IMG/VR virus record: IMGVR_UViG_3300045988_015578
Span: 1-45,899 of that record
Strand: one strand, 5' to 3'
From: a virus
Length of the DNA: 45,899 bases
Positions 16,726-24,370 of this stretch are shown piece after piece. The notes under the pieces are model-generated. The model was not told the origin of the DNA and made no database searches. It saw only the letters and a list, made by a program, of their open reading frames with translations. The number at the start of each line of letters is the position of its first letter. The first letter of the stretch is position 1. The position numbers and the translations under genes were made by a program.

Positions 16726-17148
16726 ATGGCAGAATTCACAAATGTAGCTGCTCAGACTGTAGCAGCAAATGGAAACGTAGTATTTTCAAACACAGCAGTT
16801 AAAGGTTCTAACTGTATTCAGCACAGAGAGGGAAGCGGAATTATTACGCTGAGAGGACTGACTAATCAGTGCAAAGCGAGATTCTTCGTGGATTTTTCTG
16901 GCAATATCGCAATTCCAGCAGGCGGCACTGCCGGAGCTATTTCTCTGGCTATTGCAATCTCTGGCGAACCTGTATTATCTTCACAGATGATTTCCACACC
17001 GACAGCAGTAGACCAGTATAACAATGTGTCCTCTGGTATCTATATTGATGTACCACGCGGATGTTGCGTTAATATTGCAGTAGAGAATACCAGTGATCAG
17101 GCTATTTCTGTTGCAAATGCGAACATTGTTGTAACCAGAGAAGCATAG
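16726..17148 (+). CDS. small beta-rich protein resembling BclA-C-terminal / C1q-TNF-like domains (cassette gene D)
   Basis: AAAGGAG RBS. The sequence alternates hydrophobic residues in a beta-strand pattern (for example GAISLAIAISGEPV and NANIVVTR). The fold assignment is inference. Confidence 0.65.
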   Translation: MAEFTNVAAQTVAANGNVVFSNTAVKGSNCIQHREGSGIITLRGLTNQCKARFFVDFSGNIAIPAGGTAGAISLAIAISGEPVLSSQMISTPTAVDQYNNVSSGIYIDVPRGCCVNIAVENTSDQAISVANANIVVTREA

Positions 17149-17159
17149 GAGGTGTGATT

Positions 17160-17714
17160 ATGAGAGACATTAAAGACTTATGCGCAAGAATCGAAGATGA
17201 GCTTTCCAAAATCGCTGATAATGGACTGACCACCGGAAATCTGGAAATGACATACAAGTTGATTGACATGTACAAAGATATCAAGAATACGCAGTACTGG
17301 GATAAGAAAGTAGAGTATTACAACGCTGTCCTTGATGAAATGCGTAGTGGATACAATGACGATTACAGCGAGCGCGGAAGAAAACGCGACAGTATGGGGA
17401 GATACAGCTCAAATGACGGCAGAATGATGCCGGATTACGATCGGGGCAGTTCTTATGCCAGACGTGGGGAACATTACGTCAGAGGGCATTACAGCCGTTC
17501 TGATGGACGGGATGCTTATGACGATTACATGACGCAGAAGCAAAGCTATCGTTCCGGCAAGTCTGAAGACTGCAAGAGGAAGATGCTTGCCGCTCTGGAA
17601 GAACATCTGGACGAACTTACAACAGAAATGAGCGATATGTCCAAGGATGCAGAGTGCCGGGAAGAACGTGATCTTGTCAAGAGATACGTGGAAAAGCTCC
17701 GGGATATGCTCTAA
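17160..17714 (+). CDS. helical protein with an R/D/Y/S-rich disordered centre (cassette gene E)
   Basis: AGGAGG lies 7 nt upstream of ATG 17160. The centre reads RGRKRDSMGRYSSNDGRMMPDYDRGSSYARRGEHYVRGHYSRSDGRDAYDDY. Confidence 0.7.
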   Translation: MRDIKDLCARIEDELSKIADNGLTTGNLEMTYKLIDMYKDIKNTQYWDKKVEYYNAVLDEMRSGYNDDYSERGRKRDSMGRYSSNDGRMMPDYDRGSSYARRGEHYVRGHYSRSDGRDAYDDYMTQKQSYRSGKSEDCKRKMLAALEEHLDELTTEMSDMSKDAECREERDLVKRYVEKLRDML

Positions 17715-17721
17715 TTAGCTA

Positions 17722-17761
17722 AAACATGTACCACAACTTTTTGGATACTTTGTGGTAAAAT
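17722..17761 (+). promoter_or_regulatory. late-promoter motif, copy 2
   Basis: The same 20-mer as 7455-7474, followed at identical spacing by TGTGG and the -10 hexamer TAAAAT. Confidence 0.6.
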
Positions 17762-18062
17762 ATATTCATAGGGAAGATTCGGAAGATTCGTAAGTGGTTG
17801 ACGCCACTTGACATAGACATTTTTTCATTGATTCCTCCTTTCTTGGGTACGTGTCCTTAACAGAAACAGGTTCGGGCGGAATCTGGAGGTTGAAAAGCGG
17901 ATGCAATTTCCGACACGTATCATTACTGTCTATATGACTTGCTCGCTCGCATAGGCAGTACGCACCTCCTTGTAAAAGGTAAATGGGCGGACGGATGCCC
18001 GAAACAACTCGTGGCAGGCATGACACGTTAAACACCTTGCTAACCCGGGAATCCGGGTTATG

Positions 18063-18131
18063 TGGAATGTACGCTAGTGGAAAACTGACAGAGTCGCGCT
18101 CTGGTCTCCGGTTCGATTCCGGGCGTTCCGC
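18063..18131 (+). tRNA. tRNA-like element 1 (non-canonical; probably not a decoding tRNA)
   Basis: Acceptor tggaatg/cgttccg (two G.U pairs), a D-loop AGTGG, and a T-arm tccgg-TTCGATT-ccggg. The anticodon arm is cagag-tcgcg-ctctg, with only a 5-nt loop. Total length is 69 nt. Confidence 0.5.
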
Positions 18132-18422
18132 TTTAATCCGCTTAGAGTTAAGCTGTTTGTATACAGGCGGTCTATGTCTCAGGTGGATTTACGCATGAGC
18201 GTAAACGTACAACTCACTAGGCGTTTGCGTAAAAAACTTTTTAGAGAGATGAGACCACGGGCCGTGAGAAGTGATAGTCGGCAATTCTAAAAGAACCATC
18301 TAGTTCATGTGTTTTACGATGGAAAGGTTAATGCTTATCTGGATATTTTCATCCGGTCCGAAAGCATGTGATGTGGGAATCAACCCAGTTTCTTTTCAGA
18401 GAACTGGCCGTTATAGGCGGTA

Positions 18423-18490
18423 CGGAATGTAGCTCAGTGGTAGATCGCACTGTAAATGTGAGGTCGCAGGTTCGATTCCTGCCTTTCCGA
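18423..18490 (+). tRNA. tRNA-like element 2 (short anticodon arm; the best loop reading, CU-GUA-AA, would be Tyr)
   Basis: Acceptor cggaatg/ctttccg (one T-T mismatch), TAGCTCAGTGGTAGATCG D-arm, and a perfect T-arm gcagg-TTCGATT-cctgc. The region between the D- and T-arms is 4 nt shorter than in a standard tRNA. Confidence 0.6.
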
Positions 18491-18568
18491 TTACCTTGCC
18501 AGTGGTCTAACTGGCTTAATCCATTTACCTGCGGCGGCAGGTCAATAAACACGACCAGGAGGATGTAT

Positions 18569-19201
18569 ATGCAGAAACTTATTGACACACTTAAATCATT
18601 TGGAATTGAAATCCCGGAGGACAAGCAGGCAGATGTGAAGAAAGCACTCTCTGAGCATTACAAGAATGCCAAAGAAGTAGCGAAAACCCTGTCAAAAGTT
18701 GAGGGAGAACGTGACGACTGGAAAGAACGCGCCGAGACAGCAGAAGAAACCTTGAAAGGGTTTGACGGTATCGACCCGGCAAATATCCAGACAGAGCTTG
18801 CCGGATGGAAGAAAAAAGCCGAGGATGCAGAGAAAGAATTCAATGCAAAAATCTACGACCGCGATTTTTCAGATGCGCTTAAAACAGCACTTGATGATGT
18901 TAAGTTTTCCAGTGAAGCTGCAAAGAAATCTGTTATGGCAGACATCAAGGAAGCAGGATTGAAGCTGAAAGACGGTAAAATCCTTGGACTGAATGATTTG
19001 ATTGAGCAGATGAAGCAGTCTGACGCATCCGCTTTTGTAGATGAATCTCAGCAACAGGCTCAGCAGAATCAGGCAAGGTTTACTACTCATGTTGGACAGC
19101 AGCAGACACCGGGGAACATGACAAAGAAAGATATCGAAGCAATCAAAGACCCGTCCGAGAGACAGGCAGCAATTGCTCAGAATATCCAGTTATTCCAGTG
19201 A
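18569..19201 (+). CDS. scaffolding protein (phage GP20-like)
   Basis: AGGAGG lies 6 nt upstream of ATG 18569. The protein is helical and E/K-rich and sits before the capsid gene. The track start 18368 runs into the tRNA-like element. Confidence 0.8.
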   Translation: MQKLIDTLKSFGIEIPEDKQADVKKALSEHYKNAKEVAKTLSKVEGERDDWKERAETAEETLKGFDGIDPANIQTELAGWKKKAEDAEKEFNAKIYDRDFSDALKTALDDVKFSSEAAKKSVMADIKEAGLKLKDGKILGLNDLIEQMKQSDASAFVDESQQQAQQNQARFTTHVGQQQTPGNMTKKDIEAIKDPSERQAAIAQNIQLFQ

Positions 19202-19212
19202 TTTTTTACACC

Positions 19213-19278
19213 GACTATATGCCAGAGTATAGCCGCTAACCCAACGCCTTAATAGTTATGGGTAGAAAGGATTTTTTT
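19213..19278 (+). promoter_or_regulatory. conserved 5' leader element, copy 1 (upstream of the major capsid gene)
   Basis: A hairpin whose 3' arm is TATAGCC, then GCTAACC...GCCTT...AGTTA..GG.AGAAAGGA...TATG. It shares the 13-mer ATAGCCGCTAACC with 22795-22807. Confidence 0.6.
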
Positions 19279-20445
19279 ATGCCAGCAAAAACAAATCTTA
19301 TTATGACTAATGATATTCATGTCACAGCACGTGAGATTGATTTTGTTACCAGATTCGAAAGAAACTGGGAACACTTACGTGAAATCCTTGGTATCATGCG
19401 TCCTATCAAAAAACAGCCGGGTGCTGTACTGAAATCTAAGTACGCAGAGGGTACTTTACAGAGTGGACTTGTTGGTGAGGGTGAGGAAATCCCTTACAGC
19501 AAGTTTACTGTAAAAGAAAAGAACTATGCGGAAATGACTATCGAAAAGTACGCAAAGGCTGTATCTATCGAAGCAATCAAGGATCACGGTTATGAGAACG
19601 CTGTTCAGATGACTGATGACGAATTCCTTTTCCAGCTTCAGACTGATGTTACCGGCAGATTCTATGACTATCTGAAAACCGGTACGCTTACTTCCACAGA
19701 AACTACATTCCAGATGGCTCTGGCAATGGCTAAAGGCCGTGTTGAGAACAAATTCAAACAAATGCACAGAAACGTGACTGGCGTTGTTGGATTCGTGAAC
19801 ATTCTGGACGTATATGAATATCTCGGAGCAGCTGAGATCACCATTCAGAACCAGTTCGGATTCCAGTACATGAAGGACTTTATGGGATTTAATACAATCT
19901 TCTTACTGTCCGACAGCGAGATTCCAAGAGGGCAGGTTATCGCTACTCCTGTCGAGAACATCGTTCTGTACTATGTTGACCCGAACGAATCTGACTTCGC
20001 AAGAGCAGGTCTTGTATACACCGTATCTGGTGAGACAAACCTGATCGGATTCCATACGCAGGGCAACTACCACACAGCAGTGTCTGAGGCGTTCGCGGTT
20101 ATGGGACTTACTCTTTTTGCGGAGTACATTGATGCAATTGCAGTAATTACCATTGATGAGACACCAGCACTTGGCACTCTGGTAGTAACATCTGCGGAAG
20201 GAACAGCAACTGGTGATACAAAAATCACTGTAAATCCGGCTAAGGAAAATGCCGGCAATGTGTATAAATACAAAGTTGCAGCAGAAGCAGTAGCTGTTGG
20301 ATATGGACAGAATCTCAGAAACTGGAGTACTTGGGATGGAAAAGCCGATATCACAGCAGCAACCGGACAGAAGATCACAGTGGTTGAGTGTGATGGAACA
20401 TACAAAGCACTGAATGCCGGAAGTGCAAGCGTGACAGCAAAATGA
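19279..20445 (+). CDS. major capsid protein with a C-terminal Ig-like domain
   Basis: Follows the scaffold gene. The GAAAGGA RBS favours ATG 19279. The C-terminal ~90 aa are beta-rich and Big-like. Confidence 0.8.
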   Translation: MPAKTNLIMTNDIHVTAREIDFVTRFERNWEHLREILGIMRPIKKQPGAVLKSKYAEGTLQSGLVGEGEEIPYSKFTVKEKNYAEMTIEKYAKAVSIEAIKDHGYENAVQMTDDEFLFQLQTDVTGRFYDYLKTGTLTSTETTFQMALAMAKGRVENKFKQMHRNVTGVVGFVNILDVYEYLGAAEITIQNQFGFQYMKDFMGFNTIFLLSDSEIPRGQVIATPVENIVLYYVDPNESDFARAGLVYTVSGETNLIGFHTQGNYHTAVSEAFAVMGLTLFAEYIDAIAVITIDETPALGTLVVTSAEGTATGDTKITVNPAKENAGNVYKYKVAAEAVAVGYGQNLRNWSTWDGKADITAATGQKITVVECDGTYKALNAGSASVTAK

Positions 20446-20466
20446 TGATCGCAGGAGGTAACTGGC

Positions 20467-20958
20467 ATGGCTTATGCAGATTATAAATTCTATACAGAAT
20501 CATTCGGCAATGTCGTGCCAGAAACCGACTTTCCACGACTGGCAGAAAGAGCCAGTGATTTCGTGGACACAATGACATTTGACAGACTGGTGGATGGACT
20601 GCCGACAAATGAACGCTCACAGAAACGCATCAAAAAGGCGGTCTGTTCATTGGCTGAATTAATGTATCAGATTGAGCTTGCTGAAAAGAATGCAATCAGT
20701 CAAGCGTCTGCAAATGTAACCGACATAAATGTCGGGAACATCTCAACAGGCATCGTAACATCTGTATCTTCTGGCAGTGAATCCATCTCTTACGCCACAC
20801 CACAGCAGATTGGGGCAAGTGCAAAGGAATGGAGTGCGGTGTATGCCGCCGCCGGAGATGTGCAGAAAACGAACGACTTGCTTCTTAAGACAGCTTTGCC
20901 GCTTCTGATGGGAGTGAGGACGGATGATGGCATACCGATATTGTATGCGGGATTATAA
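20467..20958 (+). CDS. head-tail connector/adaptor (gp6-like)
   Basis: MAYADYKFYTESFG...DFPRLAERASDFVD is a typical connector N-terminus, and the position fits. Confidence 0.65.
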   Translation: MAYADYKFYTESFGNVVPETDFPRLAERASDFVDTMTFDRLVDGLPTNERSQKRIKKAVCSLAELMYQIELAEKNAISQASANVTDINVGNISTGIVTSVSSGSESISYATPQQIGASAKEWSAVYAAAGDVQKTNDLLLKTALPLLMGVRTDDGIPILYAGL

Positions 20959-20970
20959 AAGGAGGCAAAG

Positions 20971-21306
20971 ATGGAAGCATTATTTACAAATGTAACTCTG
21001 ATTCTGGCAGTAATCAGTGTTTTGGCGTTTTGCGTGTCTGTGATTACACAGGTGATTAAAAATGTTGGGTTCCTGTCGAAAATTCCGACAGATGCCTTGG
21101 TACTTGTACTGTCTATCGGAATTACTGTAGCCGCTTTTGTGGCGTATATGCAGTATATCCACGTGACAATATTGTGGTACATGATTTTAGCAGCTATCAT
21201 GGCTGGGTTTATTGTGGCGTTTATTTCCATGTTCGGATGGGAGAAAATTACGGAATTGTGGAAGCGAACGTCCAAGGTTGACGTGGATAAGCTGAAAAAT
21301 AAATGA
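20971..21306 (+). CDS. holin-like protein with three TM helices
   Basis: Three hydrophobic helices and a charged C-terminus (WEKITELWKRTSKVDVDKLKNK); 111 aa. Confidence 0.6.
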   Translation: MEALFTNVTLILAVISVLAFCVSVITQVIKNVGFLSKIPTDALVLVLSIGITVAAFVAYMQYIHVTILWYMILAAIMAGFIVAFISMFGWEKITELWKRTSKVDVDKLKNK

Positions 21307-21322
21307 TTAAGGAGAGGATATC

Positions 21323-21784
21323 ATGTACGAAAAAACAGTAACAGTTTTCAACTATTACGAAAGTGCCACAACTGGAGATGCGTACTGGTATCCTCATGTT
21401 TTATCCGGCGTTGACCTTATTACGGATAAAGGGGCAATCCTTAAGAAGTACGGGCCAGACGCAACAGATAACGCACAGTTACACATCCATTATACTGTCC
21501 AGAACGGCGATATAACCATTGCTGATAAAGACGGCAAGATTCTCCCATGGGTGCCAGTTAAAGAGTGGAAAAGGCAGATTAACAACGCTCTGGAAGACAC
21601 TATCACATTCTCAGATGAATCGTTCTTCTGGGAGGGTGAGTGGACTGGTGGAACAGTCACTGAAAGTGATTACCGAAATGGATTCTATCAGTACATGAAT
21701 GAGAATAAGGATAACGTGTTCAAGATTACCAGTGTAGGTGGTCCATATACACTGATTCCGCACTTTGAAATTCTAGGTAAATAA
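21323..21784 (+). CDS. head-closure / head-tail joining protein (putative)
   Basis: Position in the connector module. Confidence 0.5.
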   Translation: MYEKTVTVFNYYESATTGDAYWYPHVLSGVDLITDKGAILKKYGPDATDNAQLHIHYTVQNGDITIADKDGKILPWVPVKEWKRQINNALEDTITFSDESFFWEGEWTGGTVTESDYRNGFYQYMNENKDNVFKITSVGGPYTLIPHFEILGK

Positions 21785-21785
21785 T

Positions 21786-22277
21786 ATGAGCAAAATTCAT
21801 CATTTCAAAGGATTCTCCGTGGTTGACGGAGATATGAAAATCAAACTGAATATGGACAGATTCTCCAGACAGTATCAAGAAGCTCAGTACCTTCTTGATG
21901 GAATAATTATGGACAGTATGGTTCCGTTTATGCCGATGATTACTGGAGATTTTATTAACCGAACAAGAGTTAAAAGCACATCTTTACAAGGCAGTGGAAA
22001 AGTATGTGCGGCGGCGGCTCCTTATGGGCGTTTTCTGTATGAGGGAAAAGGAATGGTTGACGAGGCAACCGGAAGTCCCTACGCAAGACGTGGAGCAAAG
22101 AAAGTCCTCGTCAGTCAGTTCTCTGGTCAGACAGCCGCAAAGGAAAATCTTGAATACACCAGACAGGCTCACCCACGGGCACAGGCAAAATGGTTTGATG
22201 CCGCTAAACGGCAATACGGTGACACATGGATTCGCAAAGTAAAAGCACAGGCAGGAGGTGGCAGACATGGCAGATAA
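21786..22277 (+). CDS. tail-component / minor capsid protein (HK97 gp10-like, putative)
   Basis: Position, plus the motif PYGRFLYEGKGMVD. Confidence 0.55.
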   Translation: MSKIHHFKGFSVVDGDMKIKLNMDRFSRQYQEAQYLLDGIIMDSMVPFMPMITGDFINRTRVKSTSLQGSGKVCAAAAPYGRFLYEGKGMVDEATGSPYARRGAKKVLVSQFSGQTAAKENLEYTRQAHPRAQAKWFDAAKRQYGDTWIRKVKAQAGGGRHGR

Positions 22278-22767
22278 GCCAATTGGCAAAGATGCAACCG
22301 GATATGAGATTCTGACAGATGCCATGAAAGCACTTCTGAACCAGTATCCAGGGCTATACGAAAGTGAAACAATCAAATTTGAGGAACTTGGCAAGGAATC
22401 GGGAATTGCATTCTCAGCAGATAACGGAGCTTTGATCTATTCAGAAAAGGAAGATGTGTGCGGAGTAATGCATCAGGTGTGCCAGTACCCCTTTTATGTG
22501 GTATATCGCACAGCATCTGACAAAGAACGGCAGAAGTTATCTGTTCAGAAATTCCTGGATAATCTCGGTAAATGGATATGTCGAGAACCAGTTATCATAA
22601 ATGGCTCTGAGACGCGTTTAAATACGTTTCCTGAGCTTTCACAGGGACGAGTGATAAAACGCATCACCCGCGACAACTCTTATGGTTTAGAGCCACAGGA
22701 GAGCGGCGTACAGGATTGGTTATTGCCATTGTCAGTGCGCTATGAAAACACATATGAAGTAATATAA
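22267..22767 (+). CDS. tail-completion protein (putative)
   Basis: AGGAGG lies 8 nt upstream of ATG 22267; the gene precedes the tube gene. Confidence 0.55.
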   Translation: MADKPIGKDATGYEILTDAMKALLNQYPGLYESETIKFEELGKESGIAFSADNGALIYSEKEDVCGVMHQVCQYPFYVVYRTASDKERQKLSVQKFLDNLGKWICREPVIINGSETRLNTFPELSQGRVIKRITRDNSYGLEPQESGVQDWLLPLSVRYENTYEVI

Positions 22768-22778
22768 CGAGTAACAAC

Positions 22779-22848
22779 CGGCTATCAATTAGAGATAGCC
22801 GCTAACCTACACAGCCTTTTAAAAGTTACAGGCAGAAAGGACATTTCT
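22779..22848 (+). promoter_or_regulatory. conserved 5' leader element, copy 2 (upstream of the major tail gene)
   Basis: Hairpin ggctatc/gatagcc, then the same GCTAACC...AGAAAGGA...TATG layout as 19213-19278. Confidence 0.6.
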
Positions 22849-23349
22849 ATGGCAGTTACAGGCAAGATTGACCGTAAATATATGGCTCATTACATTGATG
22901 CAGGCTCTCTCTGTGGGGGACTGACACCGAAATATGAGCGTCTTGGAAAAGATCTGGAAGAGTACAATGTCGAACTCAATCCAGATACTGAAACATCTAA
23001 AAACATTCTCGGAGAATCCACATTCAAGCATAACGGCTACGAAGTTTCTTCTGACGCTGATCCGTTCTATGCAGACACTACTTCTGATCTGTTCACAGCA
23101 TTACAGAAAATCGTAGATGGACGCCTCAAAGACGATAATCTCAAGACAAAAGCAGTTGAGGTCCATCTCTGGACAGAAGCTACAGCAGGCAAGTATGAAG
23201 CATATCAGCAGGACTGCTACGTTGTGCCGACAAGCTACGGCGGCGATACATCCGGCTATCAGATTCCATTTACCGTTAACTATGTCGGCGAACGTGTAAA
23301 AGGAAAGTTTGATATCAGTTCCGGTACATTCACAGCCGATAGCGAATAA
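22849..23349 (+). CDS. major tail (tube) protein
   Basis: 166 aa, preceding the chaperone and tape-measure genes. Confidence 0.7.
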   Translation: MAVTGKIDRKYMAHYIDAGSLCGGLTPKYERLGKDLEEYNVELNPDTETSKNILGESTFKHNGYEVSSDADPFYADTTSDLFTALQKIVDGRLKDDNLKTKAVEVHLWTEATAGKYEAYQQDCYVVPTSYGGDTSGYQIPFTVNYVGERVKGKFDISSGTFTADSE

Positions 23350-23375
23350 ACACATATACAAGGAGGGCACGCCAA

Positions 23376-23801
23376 ATGGCAAAAATAATTAACACCAAAA
23401 TTGATGATGGAATTTTTATATTCACATTCACTAACAATGAAGATGAAGTTTTTTCTTCTTTCAAACTGAATCCGACCGATATCAATGTAGCAGCACGTGC
23501 AGAGGAGCTGACAGAATACTTTGAGCAGCTTAAGGATTCTATCCAGAAAGTCACTTCCGGCAAAGAAATGGCTGAACTCAATAAACAGATTGAAGACAAA
23601 ATCAACTATCTGCTCGGATACGAAGCATCTAAGGACCTGTTTAAGGAACCCATTACAGCAACCACCGTGTTCGGAAACGGTCAGGTATTCGCATATATCG
23701 TTCTGGATAAGATCGCAGAAGCAATCGCGCCGGAAATCGAAAAAAGAAAAAAGAAAATGCAGGCAGCAGTCAATAAGTACGTGGAGAAATATACAAAATG
23801 A
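23376..23801 (+). CDS. tail assembly chaperone
   Basis: Acidic helical protein between the tube and tape-measure genes. Confidence 0.6.
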   Translation: MAKIINTKIDDGIFIFTFTNNEDEVFSSFKLNPTDINVAARAEELTEYFEQLKDSIQKVTSGKEMAELNKQIEDKINYLLGYEASKDLFKEPITATTVFGNGQVFAYIVLDKIAEAIAPEIEKRKKKMQAAVNKYVEKYTK

Positions 23802-24370
23802 CCGCCTATGAGCTACCCACCTCACTGAACATAAGTGGGGTGGATTTTTCTATTAGAACCGATTTTCGAGCGATCATTGATATTCTCATAGCCATGAATG
23901 ACCCAGAACTGGACGAGCAGGCGAAAGCAGTTGTTATGTTGCAGATTCTGTTTGAGGACTGGCAAAGCATACCGGCTGAGTGCCTGGACGAAGCTTGTCA
24001 GAAAGCATCGGAATTCATCGACTGTGGACAGTCGGACGATAATCCAAACCGCCCCAAGCCCCGATTAATGGACTGGGAACAGGACGGAGACATAATTGTG
24101 CCGGCTGTAAATAAGGTTGCCGGTAAAGAAATCAGAGCAGTACCTTATATGCACTGGTGGACGTTTTTCGGCTACTTCATGGAATCTGGTGAATGCCTAT
24201 TCAATACAGTTGTTGAAATCCGCTCAAAGAAAGTTCACGGAGAACGCCTGGATAAATGGGAAAAGAAATTCTATCAGGAAAATAAGAACATTATTGATAT
24301 AAAAACACGTCTCAGCGACGAGGAGCAAGCGTACAAAGATGCGCTGAATGAGATGTTGAACCTCAAATAG
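23798..24370 (+). CDS. phage Gp15-family protein (tail assembly)
   Basis: LPTSLNISGVDFSIRTDFRAIIDIL resembles the Gp15 family. It has an ATGA overlap with the upstream gene. Confidence 0.6.
   Translation: MTAYELPTSLNISGVDFSIRTDFRAIIDILIAMNDPELDEQAKAVVMLQILFEDWQSIPAECLDEACQKASEFIDCGQSDDNPNRPKPRLMDWEQDGDIIVPAVNKVAGKEIRAVPYMHWWTFFGYFMESGECLFNTVVEIRSKKVHGERLDKWEKKFYQENKNIIDIKTRLSDEEQAYKDALNEMLNLK

Larger units (their letters stand above)
17770..18562 (+). ncRNA. large structured non-coding region (candidate large phage ncRNA of ROOL/GOLLD class, or a structured leader)
   Basis: About 800 nt with no ORF that has an RBS. It has visibly higher GC and many perfect hairpins, for example 18041-18060 (8 bp), 17792-17809, 18498-18515 and 18528-18543. 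It contains two tRNA-like modules and lies downstream of late-promoter copy 2. Confidence 0.5.

Noticed and set aside
17766-17828. A 20-codon minus-strand ORF (MKKCLCQVASTTYESSESSL) with a perfect AGGAGG 5 nt upstream of its ATG
   Set aside because: The RBS is striking, but I found no convincing minus-strand promoter. The peptide is short and not hydrophobic, and the tandem 9-mer accounts for its repetitive C-terminus. It should be kept in mind if Ribo-seq becomes available.
17983-18198. ORFs in the track inside the structured region: 17766..18035 (-), 17983..18198 (+), 18349..18624 (-), and the N-terminal 67 codons of 18368..19201
   Set aside because: None has a usable RBS. Their products are Arg/Gly/Cys-rich with no protein-like pattern, and they run through tRNA-like elements and perfect hairpins. 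The scaffold gene has a perfect AGGAGG 6 nt before ATG 18569.
17983-18490. tmRNA (standard or two-piece/permuted), suggested by the tRNA-like T-arms and acceptor-like strands
   Set aside because: There is no G3.U70 alanine identity pair, no encoded CCA, and no recognisable resume codon or tag ORF ending in a hydrophobic A-rich peptide. Each T-arm already has its own 5' acceptor and D-arm, so the elements are self-contained tRNA-like units.
18063-18490. tRNA-like elements as the phage attachment site (attP overlapping a tRNA 3' end)
   Set aside because: They are about 16 kb from the integrase. The integrase-proximal region (34345-34567) has its own arm-type repeats.
20790-21275. Long antisense ORFs within structural genes (for example 20790..21275, 20067..20468, 21984..22394, 23280..23825, 24274..24726, 26146..26532, 29192..29650 and 33332..33799, all on the - strand)
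   Set aside because: They are shadow ORFs opposite well-supported co-directional structural genes. They have no RBS and their products are low-complexity or hydrophobic nonsense.
23376-24370. Programmed -1 frameshift between the tail chaperone genes (G/GT type)
   Set aside because: The two ORFs are joined by an ATGA stop/start overlap, and the second has its own family signature (Gp15-like). I saw no slippery heptamer in the overlap, so a frameshift is not needed. It cannot be fully excluded without profile comparison.
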